Shown here piece by piece: positions 1 through 10,040 of a stretch of DNA of 64,000 nt (its first letter is position 1; each line of letters opens with the position of its first letter). The translations under genes and the position numbers were made by a program. Source of the DNA: Ignavibacteria bacterium UBA2333 (GTDB lineage Bacteria; Bacteroidota; Ignavibacteria; Kapaibacteriales; Kapaibacteriaceae); assembly GCA_002344895.1 (NCBI GenBank), contig DDUR01000101.1:64623-128622 (forward strand), given 5' to 3'. The notes under the pieces were generated by a model. The model saw only the letters and a program-made list of their open reading frames with translations, was not told the DNA's origin and searched no databases.

Positions 1-150
1 AGCTACAATCTGTGTCATACTCATTTACAGGTTCCGTCAAGGTGCATGGCGGACGATGAGTGTACGATCCTGACCTACGTACGGGATTTTGCGTCAATTC
101 TGATTTGCCGAGTTTTTACGTACACTGGACTACGGTAATGTTCCGGAATT

Positions 151-744
151 TTGTTGCAGGTTCTGTGGTTGGAGATAACAATGATTGTTGTTCCAACACG
201 GAAAAATCAACACTCAATCTTGATGACTGCACGACACGCCATTTCCACCCTGACCGTACTGGCAGCTCTGCTCTTCACCACGTCATCTACGTTTTCTCAG
301 TCGACGGAAACACTCTGGAATCCAACGACGTGGGTGCCTTGCACGGAAATCGTAGCGCCATGGGGAACGAAGGCCGAAGTTCTTCTCGACTCAATCGCCC
401 GTCGCGGAGCTATCGGCGCTGAACGAATTGGTGATCCATTAACGGCCACTTTTGCCATCCGTGTGAAGGATCCAATTCAATCAACGCCGATTGAGTTTGT
501 CTTTGATGTTCGTAACCGCTTCATGGCAGCAGCAACTGTTGTTGTATGCAAAGATTCACGTTCAGCACGATCGACGTTTCGTCAACTTCAGCAGAACTTG
601 CTCGCAGCTGGCGCAACGATTGATCTTGACGAGGACGGCACTGCATCGTATACGCTGTACTGTGCCGATGGAAAGTTTGCTATTACCATCGGCATTCGCG
701 CTGACGAACCAACACAAGTGTTTTACGCCGTCGATCGAATGTAA
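151..744 (+). CDS. hypothetical secreted protein (probable true start near 223, MTARHAISTLTVLAALL signal-like)
   Basis: ORF with hydrophobic N-terminal segment; no recognisable catalytic motifs. Confidence 0.35.
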   Translation: MLQVLWLEITMIVVPTRKNQHSILMTARHAISTLTVLAALLFTTSSTFSQSTETLWNPTTWVPCTEIVAPWGTKAEVLLDSIARRGAIGAERIGDPLTATFAIRVKDPIQSTPIEFVFDVRNRFMAAATVVVCKDSRSARSTFRQLQQNLLAAGATIDLDEDGTASYTLYCADGKFAITIGIRADEPTQVFYAVDRM

Positions 745-777
745 TCCTGTTGAGTACCGCGACGAGACGTTGCCAGT

Positions 778-1404
778 TTACATTGCGGCAAGTTTCTTCA
801 AATCCATTTTGTTCGCTGTCGCCTTGACAAAGTCAACGGGCTTATTGGTTGCAGCTATCTCAAGATGGAAGCGTCCACCAAGTCCGTACTGAACACTACT
901 TGATTTTGACTGCTTGTCAAATCGTTGATGTCCAGCGATAAAGTCACCATCCTGAAACGTCGACCACGTTTCGTTTGCATTGTCAACACTCATCTTGAGT
1001 GCAAATACGGCGAACACACCCGCCCAGCCTGCTTCACTGGAATTCCAATCGGTCAGCGTAATGGTTACCGTGTTTCCGTCAGTAGCCGTATAGGTACGAC
1101 GTGCCTGTGCCATTGACATGCCAGGTATCTCAGTTGTGCTCGTCTCCGCTTCCCCTGCTACATAGCCATCGAGTGACGCCGGAAGAAAGGCAGCTAACTT
1201 GTCCGTTGGCATTGCCAGTGTGTCACCTGCGGCACGCCGCTCTTCACGTCGACGCTGAATAGCATCCTGGCTTTGTTGTGCCTCATTTGCCGATTCTGCA
1301 ATCGATTGATAATTCTTTACCTGTTCCAAAGCCTGTTCGGCTTCTCCGCCACAGGCAGCCAGTAATGAGGATCCGAGCAGTAGACTAGCAAAAAAAGTTT
1401 TCAT
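778..1404 (-). CDS. hypothetical lipoprotein
   Basis: Internal start MKTFFASLLLGSSLLAACGG has a lipobox-like signal; AGGA-like RBS upstream of ATG at 1404; ORF track extends to 1515 but upstream part lacks signal. Confidence 0.45.
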   Translation of the reverse strand: MKTFFASLLLGSSLLAACGGEAEQALEQVKNYQSIAESANEAQQSQDAIQRRREERRAAGDTLAMPTDKLAAFLPASLDGYVAGEAETSTTEIPGMSMAQARRTYTATDGNTVTITLTDWNSSEAGWAGVFAVFALKMSVDNANETWSTFQDGDFIAGHQRFDKQSKSSSVQYGLGGRFHLEIAATNKPVDFVKATANKMDLKKLAAM

Positions 1405-1621
1405 AGTTGTGTTTCCTTGGTGTAAAAACATCTGCATGGTTGTTTGTTGGCTTGCGAGCAGTAGTGCCGCACATGTAAATCTAAGCATCTCGTGATGTCT
1501 ACGGCCCCCGCACACCGCACAGAGGGTCTGCTTTCCATCAATTCAACCTTTTGGTTGAGAACCCAAGGTCGGGACGACGACGTATCTGCTCCCTGTTCAC
1601 ATCACAGAGAGGAAAAACATC

Positions 1622-2578
1622 GTGGTTCGGAAAGTATTACGATTTGCTGCCTGGTCAGCTGGAGGTCTTGTAACCTTCGCCTTGGTTGCAGTGGTAGCCG
1701 GCATCATCGCATTTGAGCACGGAGTGTCGCAGACATATAACGTCGCTGGTGTTGATGTTGTCGTGCCAACAGATTCTGCTACAATCGTCGAAGGGCAACG
1801 ACTTTATACGATACGCGGCTGTGCCGACTGTCACGCCTCGGACCTTGGCGGCAAAAAGGTGATGGACGCCGGATTTCTTGTTGGAACGTTCTCAGGCGTC
1901 AACATTAGCGGTGGTGAAGGATCGCGAACGGCCTCGTTTATGCCTCGAGACTTCGATCGAGCCATTCGACATGGAATCGGACCCGATGGAATGCCACTCG
2001 TCATCATGCCGTCAAAAGACTATTCGGGCATGTCGGACGAAGAGCTCGGCAAAATCATCGCCTACATCACATCCCAGCCACAGGTTTCCCGCACCATGCC
2101 GCGTCCGTCAATGGGCCCACTCATGAAGACGTTGTATGCCTTTGGCAAACTCGACAACCTGATTCACGCAGAGATCGTAGATCACGCAAAACGTGCTCCA
2201 CGAGAAAGTCCCAAAGACGTTGCGCAGCTCGGTAAGTACATCGCAGAAACGTGTACGGGTTGCCATATGCCTGACCTAGCCGGCGGACCAATTCCTGGAA
2301 TGCCACCAGAATTCCCACCTGCAGCTGATATCCGTCCAACGGGTCGTATGGCCTCCTATTCGCCTGAAGCATTTGCTGCGATGCTCAAAACCGGACGTAC
2401 ACCTGAGGGTAAAAACATCAACCCCGAGTTTATGCCATGGACGGCGTTTTCGGCCATGACGTCCGAAGAAGTTGATGCACTGTACGCCTATCTCGCAAAA
2501 AAACCTGCTGTGGCATCCAAACAATTGAACAATTCTTCCACTTCAAGCCTTGATTGGCACTACAGTCCGGAGTACTAA
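1622..2578 (+). CDS. membrane-anchored di-haem cytochrome c
   Basis: Two CxxCH motifs (CADCH, CTGCH); N-terminal TM helix; GTG start preceded by GAGGAAAAA. Confidence 0.7.
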   Translation: MVRKVLRFAAWSAGGLVTFALVAVVAGIIAFEHGVSQTYNVAGVDVVVPTDSATIVEGQRLYTIRGCADCHASDLGGKKVMDAGFLVGTFSGVNISGGEGSRTASFMPRDFDRAIRHGIGPDGMPLVIMPSKDYSGMSDEELGKIIAYITSQPQVSRTMPRPSMGPLMKTLYAFGKLDNLIHAEIVDHAKRAPRESPKDVAQLGKYIAETCTGCHMPDLAGGPIPGMPPEFPPAADIRPTGRMASYSPEAFAAMLKTGRTPEGKNINPEFMPWTAFSAMTSEEVDALYAYLAKKPAVASKQLNNSSTSSLDWHYSPEY

Positions 2579-2581
2579 CAC

Positions 2582-3262
2582 ATGGAACGTTTTCGCGTCT
2601 ACGACACACCGCATAAGGGCATTCGCCGTGGTTTTGCTGAAGTGATGGTCGCTCTTGGCCAGACTGACTGGTCACGACCTTCAACCGTGATACCTGTTCT
2701 CGATCTGACGGCGGACCTGTTACGTGTCCTGGAACTTCATGCAGACATCGAAAACAACGTTGTTCTTGCCGACCTTGAGCTGCGAGTTCCAGGTGCAACA
2801 CACCATGACACACATGATCATGAAGAACTTGAACTCGTTCACCTCAAACTCAACGAGCTCGTCTCTTCGATGAAGGCTGCAGCACAACGAGATGAGTCTC
2901 TTGTTGCACAAGGCCGCAACCTTCTGGAAGGTATAAACGCCCTCATTGCCGAACACCTCGAACACATGGGTTATGAGGAGACGGTAACACAACAACTTCT
3001 ATGGGACAACTTTTCTGATGAAGAACTTATGGCTCAACTTCCACGAATCATGCAATCGCATGGTCCGGACGACATGATTCTCATGATGCGATTTATCCTT
3101 CCAGGGTTGAGCCAACCAGAACGTCAGCACATTGTTCAGGGAATGCGTGCCAATGCTCCCGAACCATTCTTACACGCCGTACTCGCTGCCGCCGGGCCAT
3201 TTATCCCGGAACCGGAGTTTGACGCCTTGCTTCAGACACCCGAACCGAAGTACGCTGCGTAA
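2582..3262 (+). CDS. hypothetical protein, possibly hemerythrin-like (HHE cation-binding) domain
   Basis: His/Glu-rich motifs (LHADIE, HHDTHDHEE) loosely matching hemerythrin-like spacing; tentative. Confidence 0.35.
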   Translation: MERFRVYDTPHKGIRRGFAEVMVALGQTDWSRPSTVIPVLDLTADLLRVLELHADIENNVVLADLELRVPGATHHDTHDHEELELVHLKLNELVSSMKAAAQRDESLVAQGRNLLEGINALIAEHLEHMGYEETVTQQLLWDNFSDEELMAQLPRIMQSHGPDDMILMMRFILPGLSQPERQHIVQGMRANAPEPFLHAVLAAAGPFIPEPEFDALLQTPEPKYAA

Positions 3263-3309
3263 TCTCTCCCGGTGAATCTCCAGTCACTGGGCTTCATTCC
3301 CCTCCCAAT

Positions 3310-3346
3310 TCACCGGGTTACGTGGTAACCCGGTGATTTCGTTTTT
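3310..3346 (+). terminator. perfect 12-3-12 palindrome tcaccgggttac-gtg-gtaacccggtga followed by tttcgttttt (copy 1)
   Basis: Read directly: 12-bp perfect stem, 3-nt loop, T-tract; downstream of the stop of 2582-3262. Confidence 0.5.
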
Positions 3347-3363
3347 GAATTACCCCTTTCAAA

Positions 3364-3399
3364 TCACCGGGTTACATGGTAACCCGGTGATTTCGTTTT
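3364..3399 (+). terminator. second copy of the 12-3-12 palindrome (loop atg) followed by tttcgtttt
   Basis: Near-identical 40-bp element 54 bp after copy 1. Confidence 0.5.
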
Positions 3400-3475
3400 A
3401 GATCCGTGGTGTAACTTACACCTGTGGTTCAGGAGTCTGTCTTCAGAACCCTCCCTTTCACTTCCAGGTAACGTC

Positions 3476-6370
3476 ATGATCAAGTCGTTCTTAGCCGTCT
3501 GCACAACGGTCTGCCTTTCGCTTCCCCTACCCGCCGAAGATCACGGTTCCATCCGTCTTCGACCAGGAGGTCCCGCTCTGGGCGGTTCTGTGCCGTCGGT
3601 TATTACGGACCTTGCACCTGTCGGACCTCGGGCGACGATCTATGTTCGGTATCTCGGCTATACGTGTTCCCACTGCGTAGAACAGCTGGCGTATTTAAAT
3701 ACGTATGCCGACGCCCTACGAATGAACGGTATTTCCGTTGTCGCCTTTAGTGATGATGATGCCCGCCGGAATGCCGCCCTGGTGAAGCAGAAGAACCTGC
3801 GCCCCGACGTCATCACGATTGTCTCAGATGTCAACAACGCGGCTGCCAAGGCAATCGAGGCTGTCCAAGAAAATGGTCCAGTTACTCGCGACCTGCACGC
3901 GACGATCGTCGTTGTTGATGGGAAGGTTGTGTTCAGCGCGCTTACCGACGAACCGTATATGGATGTTGAACGACTCGTTGCTGAGGCTGTTAAGGGGCAA
4001 AAGGGGCCAGCCAAGCCAATGGGTCTTGTTGCACTTGACGATCAGCCCCCTGCACCCCTTACCAAAACACTTGCCTCCTATTCACCTGCAACTACGACCG
4101 TTCGCATCGTGGCTGGTCCAAATGATGGCATTCGTGAACCTCGTGATCTTGACTTCGCGACGTCTGTTCTTCATCCCCGAGATCTCTGGGTTGTGAATAC
4201 AGACGACGTCGGCCACGCAATGTCTATCATCCATGAGGCGGGCCGCCCGACACAAAACATCACCAATCGGAAAGATGCCGCCGCTTCACACTTCATGTGG
4301 AGAACAACGGGTATTGCCTTCTCCGATGTAGGCACGTTTGCTACATCACAACGTGGTGAACCAGGAAATGGTGATCGTGAGTATCTCTTTATGGGTCCAA
4401 CTCTATGGTCGTCGGACACGGCAATTTTTGCTGCCCGATATCAGGACGATAATCAGTACCTAGCGAGCCACCTGGACATGTTACATCAAAGTCCATACGG
4501 GCTAGGCATCGCACACGATCGTGATAATGTGTTCTGGGTAGTTGACAATCGGTACAAAGACGTTACTCGGTACGACTATCAGGATCCACATGAGGTTGGT
4601 GGAACCGATCACCGCGACGGAATCATCCGTCGTTATGCTGACGTGAGTATATCACCAGCACCGCTGGATCGTGATGCCCATGCTGTCATGGATCGCGAAA
4701 CTGCTTGGTTGTACTTCGTCGATCCAGGTGCGAATCGTGTGATGCGCCTGAACACACGTAGCGGGAATCCTGTTGAAGCTTTGGAGCCGCCGCCACCAAG
4801 CATGGAATACCTGACAGAGTTTACAAAGGTTACCGGTGCGGCTGTTGAAACTGCAATCGCTGATGGTATTGGAGAGCCGGTCGGTATTGAGATTGTTGGA
4901 AGGTATCTGCTCGTCGGTGATCGTTCCACAGGAAAGGTGTTCCGTTTCCGTATCAACAATGACAATTCCGTATCGAAGGTTGACGAGTTTACGACAAACG
5001 CAACATCGTTATCCGGCATTGTTGTTGGGCCAGACGGAAAGATCTGGTTTGCCGATCGTGGCGCATCAACGGTTGGTGTCCTTGAACCGGCTGGTGCAGA
5101 TGACCTACGTGCTCAACGGGATGTGATCCCGGTGTGGCGACGCGACACGGTACAAGCGTCGTTAACGTACACGAACAATGGTACGACGGCTCGGTCGTAC
5201 ACGATTTCGCTTGATGTTCCAAATGCTTGGAACGCTCAACTGTCTGAGACGACAATAACGCTGGATGCTGGAGCATCGGCGACAATCGTGATCAACGTTT
5301 CAGGAGATACAAACGCCGCACCTTCCCATCTAACGGCACGCATATCGCCGTCGGATGACGTAACGACAGGTTTAACAACATCGATGTTGCTCTTCAAAAA
5401 AGACGGCCGTCGGTTCGTTGTTGAAGATGCACCTATGGAAGTCACGTCGATCAATGAAGTGATAACAAGCACGGGACGCGACGGATACGTTTTTGTATCG
5501 AGTGACAACTTCCGCAGGATTGTAGACTCACTTCCCGACCTTGCCACCGTTGTTTGGAACGTCGGATCGTTTGGTGACATAGACCTTGTTGACGATGCCA
5601 TCATGCAGTCGATGCAACGCCGTGAAGTAGAAATCCTTGCCGTAGGAGATGATCCTTTTTTCCTTCGTACTGATCTGCCGCTGGCACCACGTTTCTTTGG
5701 CCTGTTTGGCGTTAGCATTCTTGGACCACAGCGAAAGTCTCCAGAGAACGGCCAACGTGTTCTTCGTGGGACACAGGGAGATCCAATTGGTGATGGACTC
5801 GATATCATCGACTGTCAGCTCCCCCGCTTGGACCATCATCGTGGTGGACTTGTTGTTCCGAACATGACATTCGAATCGGCATCATCATCTGCCACGGTTT
5901 CGATCAGCACCGATAATAATCGTGCCGCCTTGGTTCGATATGAAGCGAATGCTTCAACACGTGCAGCCATTTTCGGCATAAACGCAGCACGTTTTTCGGA
6001 CGGCAGTCAACGGACAACGATTTACGATCGAACACTTGAGTGGCTTGAGGCTACGTCAAAAGCACCAACAGAAGATCCAGATACAACAACATCCGTGCAC
6101 AACACACCATCCACATCTTCGCGCCTACGTGTAGCGGGACTGATGCCATTTTCTGAGCGAACAACCGTTCGATATTCGGGAACTACTTCGGATAATGTCA
6201 CTCTTGCTTTGTTTGCATCAAATGGCCAACGAGTGACCACACTCTACAATGGCCCCGTTCAGGAATCCCTCGATGTGTCGATTGACGGCACAAAACTGGC
6301 GGTCGGAACCTACTTTGTCATTGCCACATCTGCGACACGCACTGACTACGTCACCATCATTCGGAACTAA
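3476..6370 (+). CDS. large secreted T9SS cargo protein: N-terminal thioredoxin/redoxin-like CxxC domain + NHL/beta-propeller-like region + CARDB/DUF11-like beta domain + T9SS C-terminal sorting domain
   Basis: Signal peptide; YLGYTCSHC motif; C-terminal ...KLAVGTYFVIATSATRTDYVTIIRN typical of T9SS CTD. Confidence 0.65.
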   Translation: MIKSFLAVCTTVCLSLPLPAEDHGSIRLRPGGPALGGSVPSVITDLAPVGPRATIYVRYLGYTCSHCVEQLAYLNTYADALRMNGISVVAFSDDDARRNAALVKQKNLRPDVITIVSDVNNAAAKAIEAVQENGPVTRDLHATIVVVDGKVVFSALTDEPYMDVERLVAEAVKGQKGPAKPMGLVALDDQPPAPLTKTLASYSPATTTVRIVAGPNDGIREPRDLDFATSVLHPRDLWVVNTDDVGHAMSIIHEAGRPTQNITNRKDAAASHFMWRTTGIAFSDVGTFATSQRGEPGNGDREYLFMGPTLWSSDTAIFAARYQDDNQYLASHLDMLHQSPYGLGIAHDRDNVFWVVDNRYKDVTRYDYQDPHEVGGTDHRDGIIRRYADVSISPAPLDRDAHAVMDRETAWLYFVDPGANRVMRLNTRSGNPVEALEPPPPSMEYLTEFTKVTGAAVETAIADGIGEPVGIEIVGRYLLVGDRSTGKVFRFRINNDNSVSKVDEFTTNATSLSGIVVGPDGKIWFADRGASTVGVLEPAGADDLRAQRDVIPVWRRDTVQASLTYTNNGTTARSYTISLDVPNAWNAQLSETTITLDAGASATIVINVSGDTNAAPSHLTARISPSDDVTTGLTTSMLLFKKDGRRFVVEDAPMEVTSINEVITSTGRDGYVFVSSDNFRRIVDSLPDLATVVWNVGSFGDIDLVDDAIMQSMQRREVEILAVGDDPFFLRTDLPLAPRFFGLFGVSILGPQRKSPENGQRVLRGTQGDPIGDGLDIIDCQLPRLDHHRGGLVVPNMTFESASSSATVSISTDNNRAALVRYEANASTRAAIFGINAARFSDGSQRTTIYDRTLEWLEATSKAPTEDPDTTTSVHNTPSTSSRLRVAGLMPFSERTTVRYSGTTSDNVTLALFASNGQRVTTLYNGPVQESLDVSIDGTKLAVGTYFVIATSATRTDYVTIIRN

Positions 6371-6378
6371 CACTCTCC

Positions 6379-8646
6379 ATGGCACGAACGACGACTCGTC
6401 GGTCCGCTATTACAAATGCTGAGCGGCATAACTTCGGGAAGGATGTTGATGCAGATCTCAACATCCTTCTCCGAGAATGTCGTGCCAACCTATCGCGATA
6501 CAACGAAGACCTCGTTACCCGTGCGTTTCGGTTCTGTGTTGAGGCGCATAAAAAGGACGTCCGAACATCTGGTGAGCCGTATTACACCCACCCTCTGCAA
6601 GTAGCACTCATTGTAATCCGAGAGATCCCTCTTGATGACGTAAGTGTTGTTGCAGCACTCCTTCATGACGTCGTAGAAGACACCGAGTATTCGCTCAAGG
6701 ACATTCGCGAAGAGTTTGGTCAGGAAGTTTCCGATATCGTCGACGGTGCCACAAAGATCAGTGACGTCTTTAAGAGTCGAGAGATCACGCAGGCAGAAAC
6801 CTATCGAAAACTCCTGCTCAGTCTCGTTAACGACGTCCGCGTTATCCTTATCAAGTTTGCTGATCGTCTGCATAACATGCGGACGATTGACGTCTTGCCA
6901 CAGGCGCGTCAGGAACGGTTAGCTCGTGAAACGATGGAGATCTATGCTCCATTTGCACACCGTTTTGGCCTAGGTAACATCAAATGGGAACTTGAGGATC
7001 TGTCATTTAAGGTGCTCAACAAGAGTGCCTACGATGATATCAAACGACAACTCAATCTCACACGCGAAGAACGTCAGGACTTTATCGAACGGTTCTCAAA
7101 ACCCATTTCGGAAAAGCTCCGTGATCATGGACTGCGGTTTGAGATTAACGGTCGCCCAAAACACCTCTACAGCATCTACAAGAAGATGGTCACTCAGGGT
7201 AAGACCCTCGACGAGCTCTACGACTTGTTTGCTGTGCGGCTTATTCTGGACACTGAAGATGACAACGACTGTTTCCTTGCATACGGTCTCGTAAGTGGCA
7301 TCTATACACCTGTTCCAGAACGGTTTAAAAACTACATCTCCGTTCCCAAAAAGAACGGATACCGCTCGTTGCACACAACGGTGATTGCGCAGGACGGTAA
7401 ACGTGTTGAGGTTCAGATTCGGACGAGGGCAATGCATGACTTTGCCGAACGCGGTGTTGCCGCTCACTTCCGCTACAAGGCGGCTAGTGGGTCGACGGCG
7501 TCATGGATTGACTCAAAAGATCTCGAAGAGTGGGCAACGTGGGTACGGGACATCTTTGAGAATGCCGGTGATGAAGCCCCTGAACAGCTCATGGAGAGCT
7601 TCAAGCTCAACCTCTATCAAGATGAGATCTACGTTTTCACTCCCAAGGGTGATCTTCGCATCTTACCAAAGGGCGCAACCCCTATAGACTTTGCCTTCGA
7701 CATTCACTCTCAAGTTGGTGCCCGGTGTATTGGCGCAAAGGTGAATGGACGAATTGTCCCACTCGACCATCGTTTACAGACCGGTGATCAAGTTGAGATT
7801 CTCACCTCGAGAAATCAATCGCCGAATCGAGATTGGGAACGCATTGCCATTACGCATAAGGCAAAGACCCATATCCGCCGTATTCTGAATGACGAGCGGC
7901 GTCAACGTGTGCATGAAGGAAAGGATTTGTGGGAGAAACGCGCACGAAAGCTCGGACTCCACATTAATGAAGACGAACTCGAAAAGCTCGTCACAAGTAT
8001 CAAGTATGAAAGTCGGTCAGACTTCTATGCAGCGATCGGCACAGGAACGTTAACACCTGAGGCTGCAGGAGAGCTCATCGTTGAAGCGATGGGAGGGGGC
8101 AAAGGGGCCCCCTCTGCCCCCTTACCGCAACAACCACAAGAAACCTTTGGATTTGGTGAGTTCTCACGGCAAGCCCGTGACGGATCAAACCACGTTTACA
8201 TCGTTGGTGATAACATACCGAGTGCGAAGATCCTCTTCTCCTATGCCCGGTGTTGTAATCCAGTACCTGGTGATTCGATTGTTGGGATTGTCACCATCGG
8301 CAGCGGTATTAAGGTACACCGAGCTGGCTGTCATAACGTAACGGAACTTCAGGATAAACTCCGACCACGGCTTGTCGCTCTGGAGTGGAATAAAAAGCAG
8401 ACGGGAGACTTTCTGGCGGCTGTAAAGATTACGGGTGATGACAGGCCAGGCATGCTGAACGACATAACACATGCCGTTGTATCGGTTGACAAGACGAACA
8501 TTCGAGGCGTGAACATCGACGCATTTGACAGCATGTTTGAGGGGATTCTCACGGTCTACGTCCGCGATTTACCGCACCTTGACAAGGTTTTCGACAAGCT
8601 TCGAAAAATCAAGGGTGTACGAACTGTGGAACGCTTCGAGGGCTAG
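6379..8646 (+). CDS. relA: bifunctional (p)ppGpp synthetase/hydrolase RelA/SpoT family
   Basis: HD hydrolase motif (LLHDVVEDT), RelA/SpoT synthetase region, TGS and C-terminal ACT-like domain; 755 aa. Confidence 0.9.
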   Translation: MARTTTRRSAITNAERHNFGKDVDADLNILLRECRANLSRYNEDLVTRAFRFCVEAHKKDVRTSGEPYYTHPLQVALIVIREIPLDDVSVVAALLHDVVEDTEYSLKDIREEFGQEVSDIVDGATKISDVFKSREITQAETYRKLLLSLVNDVRVILIKFADRLHNMRTIDVLPQARQERLARETMEIYAPFAHRFGLGNIKWELEDLSFKVLNKSAYDDIKRQLNLTREERQDFIERFSKPISEKLRDHGLRFEINGRPKHLYSIYKKMVTQGKTLDELYDLFAVRLILDTEDDNDCFLAYGLVSGIYTPVPERFKNYISVPKKNGYRSLHTTVIAQDGKRVEVQIRTRAMHDFAERGVAAHFRYKAASGSTASWIDSKDLEEWATWVRDIFENAGDEAPEQLMESFKLNLYQDEIYVFTPKGDLRILPKGATPIDFAFDIHSQVGARCIGAKVNGRIVPLDHRLQTGDQVEILTSRNQSPNRDWERIAITHKAKTHIRRILNDERRQRVHEGKDLWEKRARKLGLHINEDELEKLVTSIKYESRSDFYAAIGTGTLTPEAAGELIVEAMGGGKGAPSAPLPQQPQETFGFGEFSRQARDGSNHVYIVGDNIPSAKILFSYARCCNPVPGDSIVGIVTIGSGIKVHRAGCHNVTELQDKLRPRLVALEWNKKQTGDFLAAVKITGDDRPGMLNDITHAVVSVDKTNIRGVNIDAFDSMFEGILTVYVRDLPHLDKVFDKLRKIKGVRTVERFEG

Positions 8647-8670
8647 CCTTTCGCTGCGTATATTCGCATC

Positions 8671-9180
8671 ATGGAGCTACAACCCCTATTATTCCTCGTC
8701 TTCGCCCTCGGTGCCGTTATCTCGGCCGTGAGTACCGTCACGCGGAAGAATCCGGTTTCGTCGGCCATGTCGTTGGTCGCCCACTTCTTTATGCTGGCCG
8801 GTCTGTATCTGACCCTTGAAGCGCAATTTGTTGCGGCAGTGCAGGTCTTGGTCTATGCCGGTGCCATCATGGTACTCGTTGTCTTCGTCATCATGCTTCT
8901 GAATCTTGGCAATGAGCAAGCGTTGACGGAGAATCGGGGCCTGCGAAGCACCCTGGCCACACTGATTGGTGCCGTGTTTGCCGTTCAAATAATCCTCGTA
9001 ACGGTAGCCGAACCAACGGGTGCGAATGCCCTGCCGTCGCGTGCTGTAGAGATCGGCACAACGGAGTCCATCGGTCAAAGTCTCTTCACCCAGTACTTGT
9101 TCCCGTTCGAAGCCATTTCATTGTTGCTGCTCGCAGCACTCATCGGTTCCGTCGTGTTGGCTAAACGACACATGAAGTAA
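8671..9180 (+). CDS. nuoJ: NADH-quinone oxidoreductase subunit J
   Basis: Polytopic ND6-like sequence directly upstream of nuoK. Confidence 0.8.
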   Translation: MELQPLLFLVFALGAVISAVSTVTRKNPVSSAMSLVAHFFMLAGLYLTLEAQFVAAVQVLVYAGAIMVLVVFVIMLLNLGNEQALTENRGLRSTLATLIGAVFAVQIILVTVAEPTGANALPSRAVEIGTTESIGQSLFTQYLFPFEAISLLLLAALIGSVVLAKRHMK

Positions 9181-9188
9181 GAACAACC

Positions 9189-9503
9189 ATGCTTCCTACG
9201 ACAATTCCTCTTGACTGGTACCTCATTCTTTCAGCCGTCTTGTTTGTGACGGGTGTGGTGGGTGTACTTACACGCAGAAATGCCATCATTATCTTCATGT
9301 CGATTGAGCTTATGCTCAACGCCGTCAATCTATCGCTGGTGGCCTTTAGTGCCTACAGCGGTGACATTGGTGGCCAGATGTTTGTTTTCTTCATCATGTC
9401 CGTAGCAGCGGCTGAAGCTGCGGTTGGTTTGGCAATCGTTTTGTCCTTGTTCCGAAACAAACAAACGATTTATGTTGATGACGTAAACGTCATGAAGTGG
9501 TAA
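9189..9503 (+). CDS. nuoK: NADH-quinone oxidoreductase subunit K
   Basis: 104 aa, three TM helices, ND4L/NuoK-like ([18 protein letters not shown]). Confidence 0.85.
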   Translation: MLPTTIPLDWYLILSAVLFVTGVVGVLTRRNAIIIFMSIELMLNAVNLSLVAFSAYSGDIGGQMFVFFIMSVAAAEAAVGLAIVLSLFRNKQTIYVDDVNVMKW

Positions 9504-9516
9504 GGAGAATACACCA

Positions 9517-10017
9517 ATGAAGACAGTTTTCATCGCCATGTCTCTCGTCGTTGCAGCGTTTGCTGCAGCGTGCACGACGTCTGAAGCTCCTGTATATGAG
9601 GCTCAGCAGGTTGAAGTTTCATCACTCATGGCCTCGCCTGGTTATGCATGGTTTCCAGCGGAAATGTCGGTGTATACGCCGGCTACATCAGCTGTTGAGT
9701 CCATCCAGTCCTCATTTGATGTAAAGGACCAAAAGGTTGTCATTTTTGTGAAACCGGCATGTTCATGCCGTGGCACCATGAGACTCTTTCCGCAGATCGT
9801 CAAGACATTGCGTGCAGCGGGAGTCCCGGATGCCAACATTGAGATCTGGTCGATGCGTTCTGAGGCGGACAAACAGCCATATGCGCCAACGATTACCATA
9901 ACGGATCTGCCAACGATTCATGTCTTCCGCAATGGATCGACATCTGCCATTGTCCTTGAGTCAGAATACAACGAGCGCAATGCCGACTCTCTCATCGCAG
10001 CGGCAGTAACGCGATAA
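9517..10017 (+). CDS. hypothetical lipoprotein
   Basis: MKTVFIAMSLVVAAFAAAC lipoprotein-type signal; no clear catalytic motif. Confidence 0.45.
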   Translation: MKTVFIAMSLVVAAFAAACTTSEAPVYEAQQVEVSSLMASPGYAWFPAEMSVYTPATSAVESIQSSFDVKDQKVVIFVKPACSCRGTMRLFPQIVKTLRAAGVPDANIEIWSMRSEADKQPYAPTITITDLPTIHVFRNGSTSAIVLESEYNERNADSLIAAAVTR

Positions 10018-10040
10018 TCCATCATAACATCAGAAACGTC

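Noticed and set aside
60-422. 120-aa ORF overlapping 151-744 in another frame
   Set aside because: It has a low-complexity, Arg/Ser-rich product with no signal of a real protein. The overlapping frame gives a more protein-like product.
5236-5808. Numerous 60-190 aa ORFs antisense to or out of frame within large genes (for example 5236-5808, 3658-4014, 46587-47192, 50322-50690)
   Set aside because: They are typical spurious ORFs in GC-rich DNA. Each is embedded in a gene with strong homology-based support.
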